NCBI GenBank assembly: GCA_963823335.1
Contig: CAWGLD010000001.1
Span: 1,632,001 to 1,696,000, forward strand
Direction of reading: 5' to 3'
Length of the DNA: 64,000 bases
Origin: an uncultured delta proteobacterium
Lineage (GTDB): Bacteria; Desulfobacterota; Desulfobacteria; Desulfobacterales; B30-G6
This document shows positions 37,939 to 48,345 of the stretch, piece after piece. The first letter of the stretch is position 1. Every line of letters begins with the position of its first letter. The notes beneath the pieces were generated by a model. The model saw only the letters and a program-made list of their open reading frames with translations. It was not told where the DNA came from and made no database searches. The position numbers and the translations under genes were made by a program.

Positions 37939-39852
37939 ATGATCAATATAACATTTCCTGATGGAAGCACAAAGTCTTTTGATCACCTTCCCACCGGTTT
38001 TGACATTGCCGGAAGTATATCGGAAGGCCTGGCCCGGGACAGTGTGGCCATGGAACTGAATGACAAGCTGGTTGACATGAGCACGGTCGTAGAAAAAGAT
38101 GCCGCGATCCGGTTGATAACGACCCGGGACAAGGAAGCGCTGGAGATCATGCGCCACAGTGCCGCCCATGTCATGGCACAGGCTGTGTTGAGAATTTACA
38201 AGGACGCCAAACTGACCATCGGCCCGGTGATTGAGGATGGGTTTTATTACGATATCGACATGGAGCCGGTTTCGGAAGATGATTTTCCCAAAATAGAATC
38301 CGAGATCAAAAAACTGGTCAAAGAGAAAATCCCGATCCAGCGCAGTGAGGTTTCCAAGGCTGAAGCCCTGAAGATCTACAAGGATGAACCCTACAAGCTG
38401 GAAATGATTTCAGCTCTGGAAGATGGCCAGATATCCCTTTACGAACAGGGGGAGTTTACGGATCTCTGCCGGGGACCCCATGTGCCCCATACCGGATTTG
38501 TAAAAGCCATCAAGCTGACCAAGGTGTCTGGTGCTTACTGGCGTGCCGACCAGACCAAGGCACAGTTGCAGCGATTGTATGGAACAGCTTTTTTTGACAA
38601 AAAAGAGTTAAAAGATCATCTGCGTTACCTTGAAGAGGCCAAAAAAAGGAATCACCGCAGGATCGGCGAAGCACTGGACCTGTTCAGCTTCCATGACGAG
38701 GCACCGGGTATGCCATTTTTTCATGCCAAGGGCATGGAGATCTGGAACACCTTGCTGGAATACTGGCGATTTGAACACAAGGCTGCGGGTTACGTGGAGA
38801 CCAAGACCCCGATTATGCTGGATCGATTTTTGTGGGAACGCAGCGGTCACTGGGAAAATTATCGGGAAAATATGTACACCACCATGGTGGATGAAAACGA
38901 ATATGCCATCAAACCCATGAACTGTCCCGGCGGTATGTTGCTATACGGAAACCGGCCCCATTCTTATCGGGAATTTCCCATCCGGGCGGCAGAAGTGGGT
39001 CTTGTTCACCGCCACGAGTTGAGTGGTGTTCTCTCCGGTCTTTTCAGGGTCAGGGCTTTTCATCAGGACGATGCCCACATTTTCATGACGCCGGATCAGA
39101 TCCGATCGGAAATTATTGGGGTTCTGGAGCTGGCACAAAAGGTTTATGGAACATTCGGGCTTGATTTTCGGCTGGAGCTTTCCACGCGGCCTGAGAAATC
39201 TATCGGTACTGATGCACAGTGGGATGTTGCCACGGACGGGCTGCGGAGCGCGCTGGATGCCTATGGGCATGAATACCGGCTCAATGAGGGGGACGGTGCC
39301 TTTTATGGCCCGAAAATCGATCTGCACATCATGGATGCCCTGAAGCGAACCTGGCAATGTGGTACGATTCAGCTGGACATGTCCTTACCGGAACGGTTTG
39401 ATCTCGGCTATATTGGCCAGGACAATGAGAAGCATCGTCCCATTATGATTCATCGCACCATTTTAGGGTCCATCGAGCGATTCCTGGGTATTTTGATTGA
39501 ACACTTCGCAGGTAAGTTTCCGCTGTGGATGGCGCCGGTTCAGGCCGTGGCCCTTCCCATCAATGATGAACTCATACCCTATGCTCTGGAAGTCAAGGAT
39601 AGCATGGAAAGGGCCGGGTTGCGCACCGAAGTCGACAGTAGAACCGAAAGCCTGAATAAAAAGATTCGTGCGGCACAACTGGCCAATATCCCCTTGATCC
39701 TCACCATCGGCGCCAAGGAACAGGCATCAAACACCCTTTCCGTGAGAACCCTGGACGGCCATGTCAAAATGGGTGTTTCCCGGGATGAATTTATCCAGGC
39801 AGTTTCAAAAAATATAGAAAAAAGAGAACTGGACCTTACCCTGTTTAAGTAA
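37939..39852 (+). CDS. thrS: Threonine-tRNA ligase
   Basis: TGS domain, RHSAAH, DLCRGPH, KPMNCP, AFYGPKID, WQCGTIQLD. Confidence 0.98.
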   Translation: MINITFPDGSTKSFDHLPTGFDIAGSISEGLARDSVAMELNDKLVDMSTVVEKDAAIRLITTRDKEALEIMRHSAAHVMAQAVLRIYKDAKLTIGPVIEDGFYYDIDMEPVSEDDFPKIESEIKKLVKEKIPIQRSEVSKAEALKIYKDEPYKLEMISALEDGQISLYEQGEFTDLCRGPHVPHTGFVKAIKLTKVSGAYWRADQTKAQLQRLYGTAFFDKKELKDHLRYLEEAKKRNHRRIGEALDLFSFHDEAPGMPFFHAKGMEIWNTLLEYWRFEHKAAGYVETKTPIMLDRFLWERSGHWENYRENMYTTMVDENEYAIKPMNCPGGMLLYGNRPHSYREFPIRAAEVGLVHRHELSGVLSGLFRVRAFHQDDAHIFMTPDQIRSEIIGVLELAQKVYGTFGLDFRLELSTRPEKSIGTDAQWDVATDGLRSALDAYGHEYRLNEGDGAFYGPKIDLHIMDALKRTWQCGTIQLDMSLPERFDLGYIGQDNEKHRPIMIHRTILGSIERFLGILIEHFAGKFPLWMAPVQAVALPINDELIPYALEVKDSMERAGLRTEVDSRTESLNKKIRAAQLANIPLILTIGAKEQASNTLSVRTLDGHVKMGVSRDEFIQAVSKNIEKRELDLTLFK

Positions 39853-39891
39853 GACGCGACTTCTAACAGAACCTCACAAGGCTTTTTCAGC

Positions 39892-40119
39892 ATGCCAAAA
39901 AGGAAACCAAGCGGGCAGGACAATGCCGGTGTCACGACCCATCGGGTTCAATGGTGTGACAACCGCTGCCCACATGCCGACTTTGCCAAGCTTGATGCCA
40001 TGGATGGGAGCTGTCGCACGTTTCAATCCTTGTGGTGTGGTTTGCTGCAGAAACACGTGACCAAAAATGCCCCCTGTGAAAATCGATTCGGGAAAAGACG
40101 CCCGACAACAGGATTTTGA
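39892..40119 (+). CDS. Small Cys-rich hypothetical protein (75 aa)
   Basis: WCDNRCPHA...SCRTF..LWC...KNAPC; fills the gap between thrS and the vanZ-like gene. Confidence 0.7.
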   Translation: MPKRKPSGQDNAGVTTHRVQWCDNRCPHADFAKLDAMDGSCRTFQSLWCGLLQKHVTKNAPCENRFGKRRPTTGF

Positions 40120-40138
40120 GGTAAAACGACATCCAAAC

Positions 40139-40528
40139 ATGGCGATCTCTTGGAGCAGATATATCAGAATTTTTGTTTTCTACTGGCTTCCGGTGTTTCT
40201 CTACTGTCTTTTGATCTTTATCCAGTCATCCTATCCCGTCACCAAAATTCTTCCCTCGATTTCCCATATGGACAAACTGGCGCATGCCGGTGCCTATGCG
40301 CTGCTGGGATTTCTTTTTTATCGTGCGTTTCATAGGACAAGAATCCAGAAAAATGCACTGACGTTGGTGGTTCTAAGTGTATTGGCTTCGTCGATTTACG
40401 GTATCAGTGATGAAATCCATCAGTACTTTGTACCTTCGCGAATGGCCGATATCGCTGATGTGGCGGCCAACACCGTGGGAAGTATCATGGGTGCCATTGC
40501 GGCACAAATGAGCTTGAACCGGCAATAG
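40139..40528 (+). CDS. VanZ family membrane protein
   Basis: DKLAHAGAY, YGISDEIHQYFVPSR, DVAAN. Confidence 0.9.
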   Translation: MAISWSRYIRIFVFYWLPVFLYCLLIFIQSSYPVTKILPSISHMDKLAHAGAYALLGFLFYRAFHRTRIQKNALTLVVLSVLASSIYGISDEIHQYFVPSRMADIADVAANTVGSIMGAIAAQMSLNRQ

Positions 40529-40552
40529 CGATCATTCCCTTCACAACAAAGC

Positions 40553-42379
40553 TCAAAACACGAATACAGCAACGGCGATTGCGTGAAAGACAATGGCCGG
40601 GAAAATGCTGTGACTTCTTTCCCTGACAACGCCATTGGCTAGTCCGAATGCGAATGCGGCAAATGCCGTTTCCGGAATGGATTCCACTTGCAATGCTCCA
40701 TTGAAGATCTCTGGAAGGAATACCAGGCAGGTCATAAAAGATGTGTACAAAATTGCCGAAGCAACCACCGGAAAGGAAAAAAACCATCGGCTGTTACATC
40801 CTTTTGTCGGGGTGCCTTCGGCTAAAATGCCGTAAGCCAAACCACGGAAGAGTAACTCTGATGCCAAAGGGATGATGATAAATACATATCCAAGGGTTTC
40901 TTTAAAATTCAACAAATGGAAAGCCGAATCCGGAAAATAGACACCGTTTCCCATGGCAGCCAGAGCAATGACCGGTAAAAGAATCCACCAGTCTTTACCT
41001 GTTGGGACCCTGACGCCAAATTGCCACAATCGCACGCGTGATATCAATACCAGACCCACCGCCGTAAAAAATATCAATGCACCGAAAAATGAGATATAGG
41101 TTTTTGAGAGCAGACCGGTTGCGGCCGTATCGCTGAACCAGGGGCTGGAAGTAACAAATAAATTGCCTATATAAGCCGCCCCTGTTATTGCGAATACCAT
41201 GACCATGGCATAGAAGAAGTGGAACGTATAAACGGCTGTACTCGGGTTCTGAAAGGCATCACGGCAGGCTTGTGCAATTTCGACAGGGGTTAGTTTCGTA
41301 ACAAATCCTCGCGGAGAGCCTCCAATGTCACCGGATCCACCCCATTGATTGCTATTTTTTCGACATCTGACACCAGGATCCATATAGTTTAGTATCCGAT
41401 AAACATCGCTTAGATCACCCGGCATGAAAGGGTCTACGCGGCGCAAGGTATATAGCCCTTCTCCTTTTTTGAGAATTACCAGCCCAAGTCTTTCGCCATA
41501 GACCCTTTGCAGAGGGGACTCAAGCTCGTATATTCCCAGATCGGCTTCGATGACGATGGCAATTCGATTACATGCCAGCTCAACCCGCGCCAATTCCTTT
41601 AATTCTTTAAAATCAACAAGATCTTCCGACCTGTAAATGATTCTGTCAATTTTTTGCAAGATTAACGCGGTGTGTTCAAGGCTGTCTTTTTCCTCCCACA
41701 GGGCGTTCTTTTTTAAATCCATTTCCTCTATACGCAAATAATCAATCACTTCTAGCGTCTTATTATACAATTCTGGTGGCAATCCGCTAAACTCGGTCAT
41801 CTCCAATCCGTGAGAATCAATGACCCCCTCGAGACGAATCAGCGCATATAAAAAACGCAGACGGTCGGAATCTTTCTTCCGAACCCGCAGGTGATTTAAA
41901 ATAAGCCAGATTGCCAGGATTGTGTCCAAATCAGGCTCGTTTGCCCATACGCTCCAGTCCCGGCTACGTAAATCCATGCCCTTCAATATCATTACTAAAA
42001 CCTGTTCACAGGTTGAAAGTGTAAATGGTCGTATACATCCTTTATGGTGGTCAAAGTTATAAATCTGCTTTTCATTGTCCATGAAAGGCTCACACTGAGC
42101 GACGCCGTCGAGATATATTGTGCCCGGAGAAGATTTGCGGGCCGCCGATGCGGAGATTGTCAGTCCGGTCTCAACACGAACTGCAATATTAGGGGCTTCA
42201 AGGCAGATTAAAACCCTTCCGGCGCTGGAATCATTAATGACGTACCGATTTGGTAGATGTGTGGTGCTGGTTTCTCTATCCATGCGTTTTTTCTCTGTGG
42301 AAGTGCTCAAAAGCTGAGTATCATCTGTATCTGCTTGAGCACCTGTTTTATCCTTCTCAAAACACATAGACATTCTCAC
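40553..42379 (-). CDS. DHH-like domain fused to a CPBP (CAAX/Abi) membrane domain
   Basis: NFDHH, NEPDLD and WGGS in the soluble part; SELLFRG and RERSHSIFPAIVFH in the TM part. Confidence 0.7.
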   Translation of the reverse strand: MRMSMCFEKDKTGAQADTDDTQLLSTSTEKKRMDRETSTTHLPNRYVINDSSAGRVLICLEAPNIAVRVETGLTISASAARKSSPGTIYLDGVAQCEPFMDNEKQIYNFDHHKGCIRPFTLSTCEQVLVMILKGMDLRSRDWSVWANEPDLDTILAIWLILNHLRVRKKDSDRLRFLYALIRLEGVIDSHGLEMTEFSGLPPELYNKTLEVIDYLRIEEMDLKKNALWEEKDSLEHTALILQKIDRIIYRSEDLVDFKELKELARVELACNRIAIVIEADLGIYELESPLQRVYGERLGLVILKKGEGLYTLRRVDPFMPGDLSDVYRILNYMDPGVRCRKNSNQWGGSGDIGGSPRGFVTKLTPVEIAQACRDAFQNPSTAVYTFHFFYAMVMVFAITGAAYIGNLFVTSSPWFSDTAATGLLSKTYISFFGALIFFTAVGLVLISRVRLWQFGVRVPTGKDWWILLPVIALAAMGNGVYFPDSAFHLLNFKETLGYVFIIIPLASELLFRGLAYGILAEGTPTKGCNSRWFFSFPVVASAILYTSFMTCLVFLPEIFNGALQVESIPETAFAAFAFGLANGVVRERSHSIFPAIVFHAIAVAVFVF

Positions 42380-42710
42380 AAGAATCCGAAAAAAGCGATA
42401 CTTAGATCATTTTTTTTTAAAAAAATTGTTCCGGACAAACCGATTGAAATGATTTTCAAGGTGCCAAGGTCTTTATTTTATGGTTTTATATAGCAAAAAA
42501 CATCATAATACCAAGCTGTTACTGCTATCTGCAACACCCCGGTATCCATTATGGTATTGCAGCATCAATATTGTTAATGATAAAGTCAAGCAGGTTTACC
42601 AACTGGGCAAAAAAACTTTTTTGAGATAACTTCTAACAAACAGTATAAGCAAGCGCTTGTGGAACCCGAACGTCAGGAGACCTGCCGTCTCCTGATGGAA
42701 GGAAATCGTT

Positions 42711-43889
42711 ATGAACGTTGTATTTCTGTCACCCCATTTTCCACCCCATTTCTTCCGGTTTTGTCTGAACCTGAAAAAAGTCGGCGCCAATGTTTTGGGT
42801 ATCGGTGACGAACCATACGGCAGCTTGTCTGCAGACGTTCGTGGTGCCCTGACCGAATATTATCAGGTCGATGATATGCACGACTATGATGCCCTGGTAC
42901 GCGCCTGTGGTTTCTTTACCCACCGCTACGGAAAAATCGACCGTGTCGACTCACTCAATGAATACTGGTTGAGCACCGAGGCCCGTTTACGGGACGATTT
43001 CAACATACTCGGTGTTCGCGGCAACGAAATTGATTTCATTCGCCGTAAATCCTATATGAAGGTCAGATTCCGCGAGGCCGGTGTGGCCGTTGCCCGGGGG
43101 CGGGTAGTCCAGCACATCGAAGATGCACGATCTCTGATACGGGAAACCGGATATCCCGTAATTGCCAAACCTGATGACGGGGTGGGTGCCATTGCAACAT
43201 ATCGACTGGACAACAACCAGGACCTCGAATCTTTTTTCAAGACCAAGCCCGACACCGACTACATTATGGAGGAATTCATAGACGGTACCATTTATTCCTT
43301 TGACGGACTGGCGGACCGCGACGGCAACCCTGTCTTTTACACAGCCCACACCTACAGCCAGGGCATCATGGAAACCGTCAATGAGGCGCGCCACGTCTAC
43401 TACTATTCACTACGGGATATTCCCGCAACGTTGGAAAAGCTCGGCCGTGAATGCCTCAGGTCTTTTAACGTGAGGGAGCGATTTTTTCACATCGAATTTT
43501 TTAAAACAGACGGCGAGTATGTGGCCCTGGAAGTCAATATACGGCCCCCGGGCGGTTATACGACCGATATGTTTAACTATGCCTGTGATATCGACATCTA
43601 CCAGACCTGGGCCGATTTGCTGGTCCACAATAAGACGGAGTTGAAGCATAACCGGGACTACCATTGCTGTTATGCCAGCCGTAAATATCGCCAGCGCTAT
43701 GCTCACACCCATGAGGATATCTTGTCACACTACGGAAAATATATCTTACAAATCGAGAGCGTTCCCGGGGTGTTCAGCAGCGCCCTGGGCGATATCGGCT
43801 ATATTTTCAGAACCGAGAGCTTGGATGAACTGTTGGAGATTGTTCAGTTTATTCATAAGTTGGAAGAAGGACATTCACGTGCACATTGA
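42711..43889 (+). CDS. ATP-grasp domain protein
   Basis: SPHFP, AKPDDGVGA, MEEFIDG, FFHIEFF, LEVNIRPPGG. Confidence 0.88.
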   Translation: MNVVFLSPHFPPHFFRFCLNLKKVGANVLGIGDEPYGSLSADVRGALTEYYQVDDMHDYDALVRACGFFTHRYGKIDRVDSLNEYWLSTEARLRDDFNILGVRGNEIDFIRRKSYMKVRFREAGVAVARGRVVQHIEDARSLIRETGYPVIAKPDDGVGAIATYRLDNNQDLESFFKTKPDTDYIMEEFIDGTIYSFDGLADRDGNPVFYTAHTYSQGIMETVNEARHVYYYSLRDIPATLEKLGRECLRSFNVRERFFHIEFFKTDGEYVALEVNIRPPGGYTTDMFNYACDIDIYQTWADLLVHNKTELKHNRDYHCCYASRKYRQRYAHTHEDILSHYGKYILQIESVPGVFSSALGDIGYIFRTESLDELLEIVQFIHKLEEGHSRAH

Positions 43890-44625
43890 AGAACACCAAT
43901 GGTGGAGCAAGCATCTAAAGCGTGATATGGCCCTGAAGATATACGGCCATTGGGGAAAACCGTATATCGTTTTTCCCTGCTCCCGCGGCCGATATTTTGA
44001 TTATGAAGGCATGGGAATGATTGACGCTGTTGCCGGCTTTATCAACGCCGGCAAAATCAAACTGTTTTGTGTGGACAGTGTCGATGAAGATTCCTGGTAT
44101 AATTTTGCTGTTTCAGCACAGGATCGCAACACCCGGCACGAAGCCTACGACCGTTACATCGTGGAGGAGGTTATTCCTTTTATCCGCCGGCATTGCAAAT
44201 CACCCCAAGAGCGGGTGATGACCAATGGCTGCAGTATGGGCGCTTACCATGCGCTGAATTTTTTTTTAAAGCATCCGGATATCTTCCAGGGAACCATCGC
44301 CTTGAGCGGTCTCTATCGTCTGGACCGGCCCGAATTCAAACTGTCGGCGGTTGAATTGTGCGCTGTCTATTTCAACTCCCCCTTGAGCTATCTGCCCGGC
44401 ATGAATGATTCCTGGTATCTGGATCTGTATCGACAAAGCAAGATCGTTGTGTGTGTCGGCAGGGGCGCCTGGGAGGATGAGGCCATCGAAGACACTCGTT
44501 ACCTGGACTTTCTGCTCAGAGAAAAATCCATCCCGGCATGTGTCGACTACTGGGGTCATGATGTAAACCATGACTGGCCCTGGTGGTTTAAACAAATGAA
44601 TCATTTTCTGGGATTCCTTTTATAA
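43879..44625 (+). CDS. Esterase (alpha/beta hydrolase) paired with the ATP-grasp gene
   Basis: YGHWG, GCSMG nucleophile elbow, WGHDVNHDWPWW; GTG start overlaps the upstream gene. Confidence 0.88.
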   Translation: MHIEEHQWWSKHLKRDMALKIYGHWGKPYIVFPCSRGRYFDYEGMGMIDAVAGFINAGKIKLFCVDSVDEDSWYNFAVSAQDRNTRHEAYDRYIVEEVIPFIRRHCKSPQERVMTNGCSMGAYHALNFFLKHPDIFQGTIALSGLYRLDRPEFKLSAVELCAVYFNSPLSYLPGMNDSWYLDLYRQSKIVVCVGRGAWEDEAIEDTRYLDFLLREKSIPACVDYWGHDVNHDWPWWFKQMNHFLGFLL

Positions 44626-44722
44626 GGCAACACACAGCATTGACAAAACCATTGCTTTTGGTTACATAACTCCGATGGTAGCAACCCGATTTATCTAACG
44701 ATTGGATGCAGAGGATTTGCAT

Positions 44723-47491
44723 ATGAATGATCAGGAAAAAATTATCATCAATGGAAATGCGTTTTCATTCGAACCCGGAGAAACCATTCTGGCTGTTGCC
44801 GGAAGAAATCACATCGATATCCCCACGCTATGTCACCTGAAGGGGGCCTCCCCAACGGGCAACTGCAGGATATGTGTGGTCAAAATAGAGAATGAGAAGG
44901 ATCTTTTGCCTTCCTGTGCCACCCTGGCGGAAGCCGGCATGGTGGTGCATTCGGAATCCTCGGAAGTTGTAAGGGCCCGCCGATTGATCATTCAACTCAT
45001 GCTCTCCACCGGTAATCACAACTGCGCCATCAGGGGGACCAGCAGTGACGACTGGACCCAGTTTCAGTTGAACGTCCAGCAGCATGACGACAGTTCAGAG
45101 CTTTGCCCGGTCTGGGGAGACTGCCGGTTACAGGACTTGGCCTATCGTTATCAGGTGGAGCCTGGAAGGTTTTCGGATGCGGGAACGCCCTATCCCATGG
45201 AGACGGTCAACCCGTTTATCGTCAGGGACTTTTCCCGCTGCATAAAATGCGGCCGGTGTGTTCAGGCCTGCAACGATATTCAAGTCAACAATGCCATTCA
45301 GTTCGGTTACACGGGCAGCAATTCTAAAATAATCGCTGCCGGTGATAAACCACTGAAAGATTCGGACTGTGTTTTCTGCGGCGAGTGTGTTCAGGTGTGT
45401 CCGGTGGGCGCTTTGGTGGAAAAAGACATCCGCTATCGGGTACGGCAATGGGAAACCGAAAAAGTCCGTACAACCTGTTCTTACTGCGGTGTGGGATGCC
45501 AGCTCTATCTGCATGTCAAGGACAACCGGGTTGTCAAGGTTTCCGGTGTCGAAGGCGTTCCCCCGAACTATGGCAGTCTGTGTGTCAAAGGCCGGTTTGG
45601 GTTTGATTTCATCCACTCGCCGGAGCGTTTGACCGCTCCCATGATCAAGGAGAACGGCACCTTCAGGGAAGCCACCTGGGACGAGGCCCTGGATATGGTG
45701 GCCAGGCGTTTCAGTGAAATAAGGGAAACCCACGGATCGGACAGTCTTGGTGTCCTGACCTCCGCGAGAATAACCAACGAGGAGATCTACATCACCAATA
45801 AGTTTGCACGGGCGGTGCTGAAAACAAACAACATCGATCACTGTGCCCGGCTCTGACATTCCTCGACCGTAGCCGGTCTGGCTGCAGCATTCGGAAGCGG
45901 TGCCATGACGAACACCATCAGCGACATCGAAACGGCGGACGTCATTCTGGTCACCGGATCCAACACCACAGAGAACCACCCAGTCTTGTCATCCTTCATC
46001 AAAAGGGCGGTCACCTTCAAGGGAGCCAGGCTCATCGTAGTCGATCCGCGGTTTATCCGGATTGCCAAGTTTGCCGATCACTGGTTGCGGCAAAAACTGG
46101 GGACCGATGTGGCCTGGATCAACGGCATGATGAACGTCATCATCGATGAAAATCTCTATGACCGCGCATTTGTGGAAAAGCGAACCGAGGGTTTCGAAGA
46201 ACTCAAAAAGAGTGTGGCAAAATACACACCGGCCTATGTGGAAGAGATCACCGGTATCCCCCAGGCAGACCTGGCCGATGCCGCCAGGATGTACGCAAAT
46301 GCACGCGCCGGAAGTATCTGTTATTGTATGGGCATTACCCAGCACACCTCGGGGACGGACAATGTCAAATCCCTGGCAAACCTGGCCATGCTTTGTGGCC
46401 ATATGGGGGTCGAAGGGGGTGGTGTCAATCCGTTGAGGGGTCAGAACAACGTCCAGGGCGCCTGTGACATGGGTGGACTGCCGAATGTTTTTTCGGGCTA
46501 CCAGCCGGTGGCTGATCCGGCCGTCTCAAAGAAGATGGCCGATGCCTGGGGCGTCAGCGATCTTCCGACCCAGCCGGGTCTGACCGTTACCAAAATGATC
46601 CCCAAGGCACATGACGGGGAGTTCAAAGGGTTGTATATCATCGGTGAGAACCCGCTGGTATCGGATCCAGATCTGAATCATGCCAAAAAAAGCCTCAGCA
46701 ATCTCGACTTCATGGTGGTGCAGGATATCTTCATGACCGAGACGGCCCAGCTTGCTGACGTGGTACTGCCGTCCAGGTGTTTTGCCGAAAAAGAGGGAAC
46801 CTTTACCAACAGTGAGCGGCGGGTACAGCGTGTACGCAAAGCTGTGGAAGCGCCGGGCCAGGCCATGGACGACTGGAAGATCACCACGGAAATTGCCGCG
46901 CGTATGGGGGTTGCCATGGCTTACGGCGATAGCCGGGAGATCATGGCAGAACTGGCTGCCGTGACGCCGTCTTATGCCGGGATCGACTATGAGCGGATAG
47001 ATTTCGAGGGCATTCACTGGCCCTGCCCCACCAAGGAACACCCTGGGACACCCATCCTTCACCGGGAGCAGTTTACGCGGGGCAAGGGTCTTTTTCACGC
47101 CATCGATTACAGGGAGCCGGCCGAAAACACCGACACGGAATACCCCCTGTTCCTGACGACCGGTCGCCTCCTGTACCACTATCATACCGGGACCATGACC
47201 ATGAAATCAGAGGGGCTCAATGAAAGGGCTCCGGTCTGTTTTGTGGAAATTTCAGCCGATGACGCCCAGACCTATGACCTTGAAGACGGTTCCATGGTCA
47301 AGGTTGAATCCCGGCGGGGCGACATCCGTGCCGCCATCAAAATATCTGACATGGCAGTGGCCGGAACTGTTTTCATCCCCTTTCATTTTGCCCAGGCCGC
47401 TGCTAACAAGCTCACGAATGCGGCCCTGGATCCTGTATCGGGGATTCCGGAGTATAAGGTGTGTGCGGTGAAGATCTCCAAGGCAGCGTAA
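44723..47491 (+). CDS. fdhF: Selenocysteine-containing formate dehydrogenase alpha subunit with NuoG-like Fe-S N-terminus
   Basis: ORFs 44702-45856 and 45905-47491 are in frame across TGA 45854-45856: DHCARL-U-HSSTVAGL; also RGQNNVQGACD; no Tat signal. Confidence 0.95.
45857..45890 (+). promoter_or_regulatory. SECIS element (fdh)
   Basis: GTAGCC-GGTCT-GGCTGC hairpin 12 nt after the UGA. Confidence 0.8.
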
Positions 47492-47505
47492 CTGTCTTGG
47501 AGATA

Positions 47506-47686
47506 GGGTTGGAGGTTTGAAGGGTATGAGGGTTGGAGGGTAGCAATTAGCTGTAAGCCATTCCCTCAATTCGTTAGATCTATCTGTAAAAACAAAAAGC
47601 CCTAAACGGTAGGCGCTAACAGCTTACTGCTTAGGGCTTTTTCTTTTGAAATATTACCCTCAGACCCTTCAAACCTCCACCCCTAT
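47506..47686. repeat. Nested octamer/heptamer inverted repeat with bidirectional terminator-like core
   Basis: AGGGTT octamers ... AAAAAGCCCTAA/TTAGGGCTTTTT ... ACCCT octamers, between convergent genes. Confidence 0.75.
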
Positions 47687-47689
47687 TTT

Positions 47690-48232
47690 CTACTCTGTCT
47701 CCTGGGGTTTCTTCACGGTTGGTGACAGGAAGTCAAAATAGTAATGGATTCCGGCACCGATGAAGGAATCAGCCATGGTTCCAAAGGACGTGTCGTCATC
47801 ATAGTCCATCATGGTAAGACCGACCTCGGTTGAAAATCCGAGATTGGGCAGGCCGCTGAAAAAATATTCTAGCCCGATGCCGATGCTGAGCCATTTGGCC
47901 GTCTCGGTGCTGCCTTTATCCGGATCGACACGGGCAAATCCCAAACCCATAATGCCATCCACGTGAAGATTCTCTTCATCTTTTATTTTGAAGTATACCT
48001 TGCCACCCACGTCCGTTTCACTGGGCCCATCGGAGTAATTGAATCCCAGAAGAGCCTGGACGGCGAGTTCATTGTTGATCCAGTATTTCACGGACAGTGA
48101 GTCCAAATCCTCTGGACTGAATTGAGAGTTAAAACCGACCCCCAGATTACCTTTCAACTCTTTTGCAAGAGCAGGACACGCAAGAACACCGAGTATAAGT
48201 ATGAACACGCATAATGTCTTAATTGTTTTCAT
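47690..48232 (-). CDS. Small outer-membrane beta-barrel protein
   Basis: Signal peptide (ALA-K); amphipathic strands GIGLEYFF and GAGIHYYF. Confidence 0.75.
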   Translation of the reverse strand: MKTIKTLCVFILILGVLACPALAKELKGNLGVGFNSQFSPEDLDSLSVKYWINNELAVQALLGFNYSDGPSETDVGGKVYFKIKDEENLHVDGIMGLGFARVDPDKGSTETAKWLSIGIGLEYFFSGLPNLGFSTEVGLTMMDYDDDTSFGTMADSFIGAGIHYYFDFLSPTVKKPQETE

Positions 48233-48265
48233 GATGCTCCTTTCATAAAAGCGATACTTTTATTG

Positions 48266-48313
48266 AAGAACCCCGCAGCAAGCTACGAGGAATGCGCTCG
48301 CTATTGCGGTTCA
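48266..48313 (+). repeat. IS200/IS605-end-like palindromic repeat, copy 2
   Basis: AAGAACCCCGCAGCAAGCTACGAGGAATGCGCTCGCTATTGCGGTTCA. Confidence 0.7.
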
Positions 48314-48345
48314 GGGCCGGGCCCTCTGGATCCGGGTATCTACTG

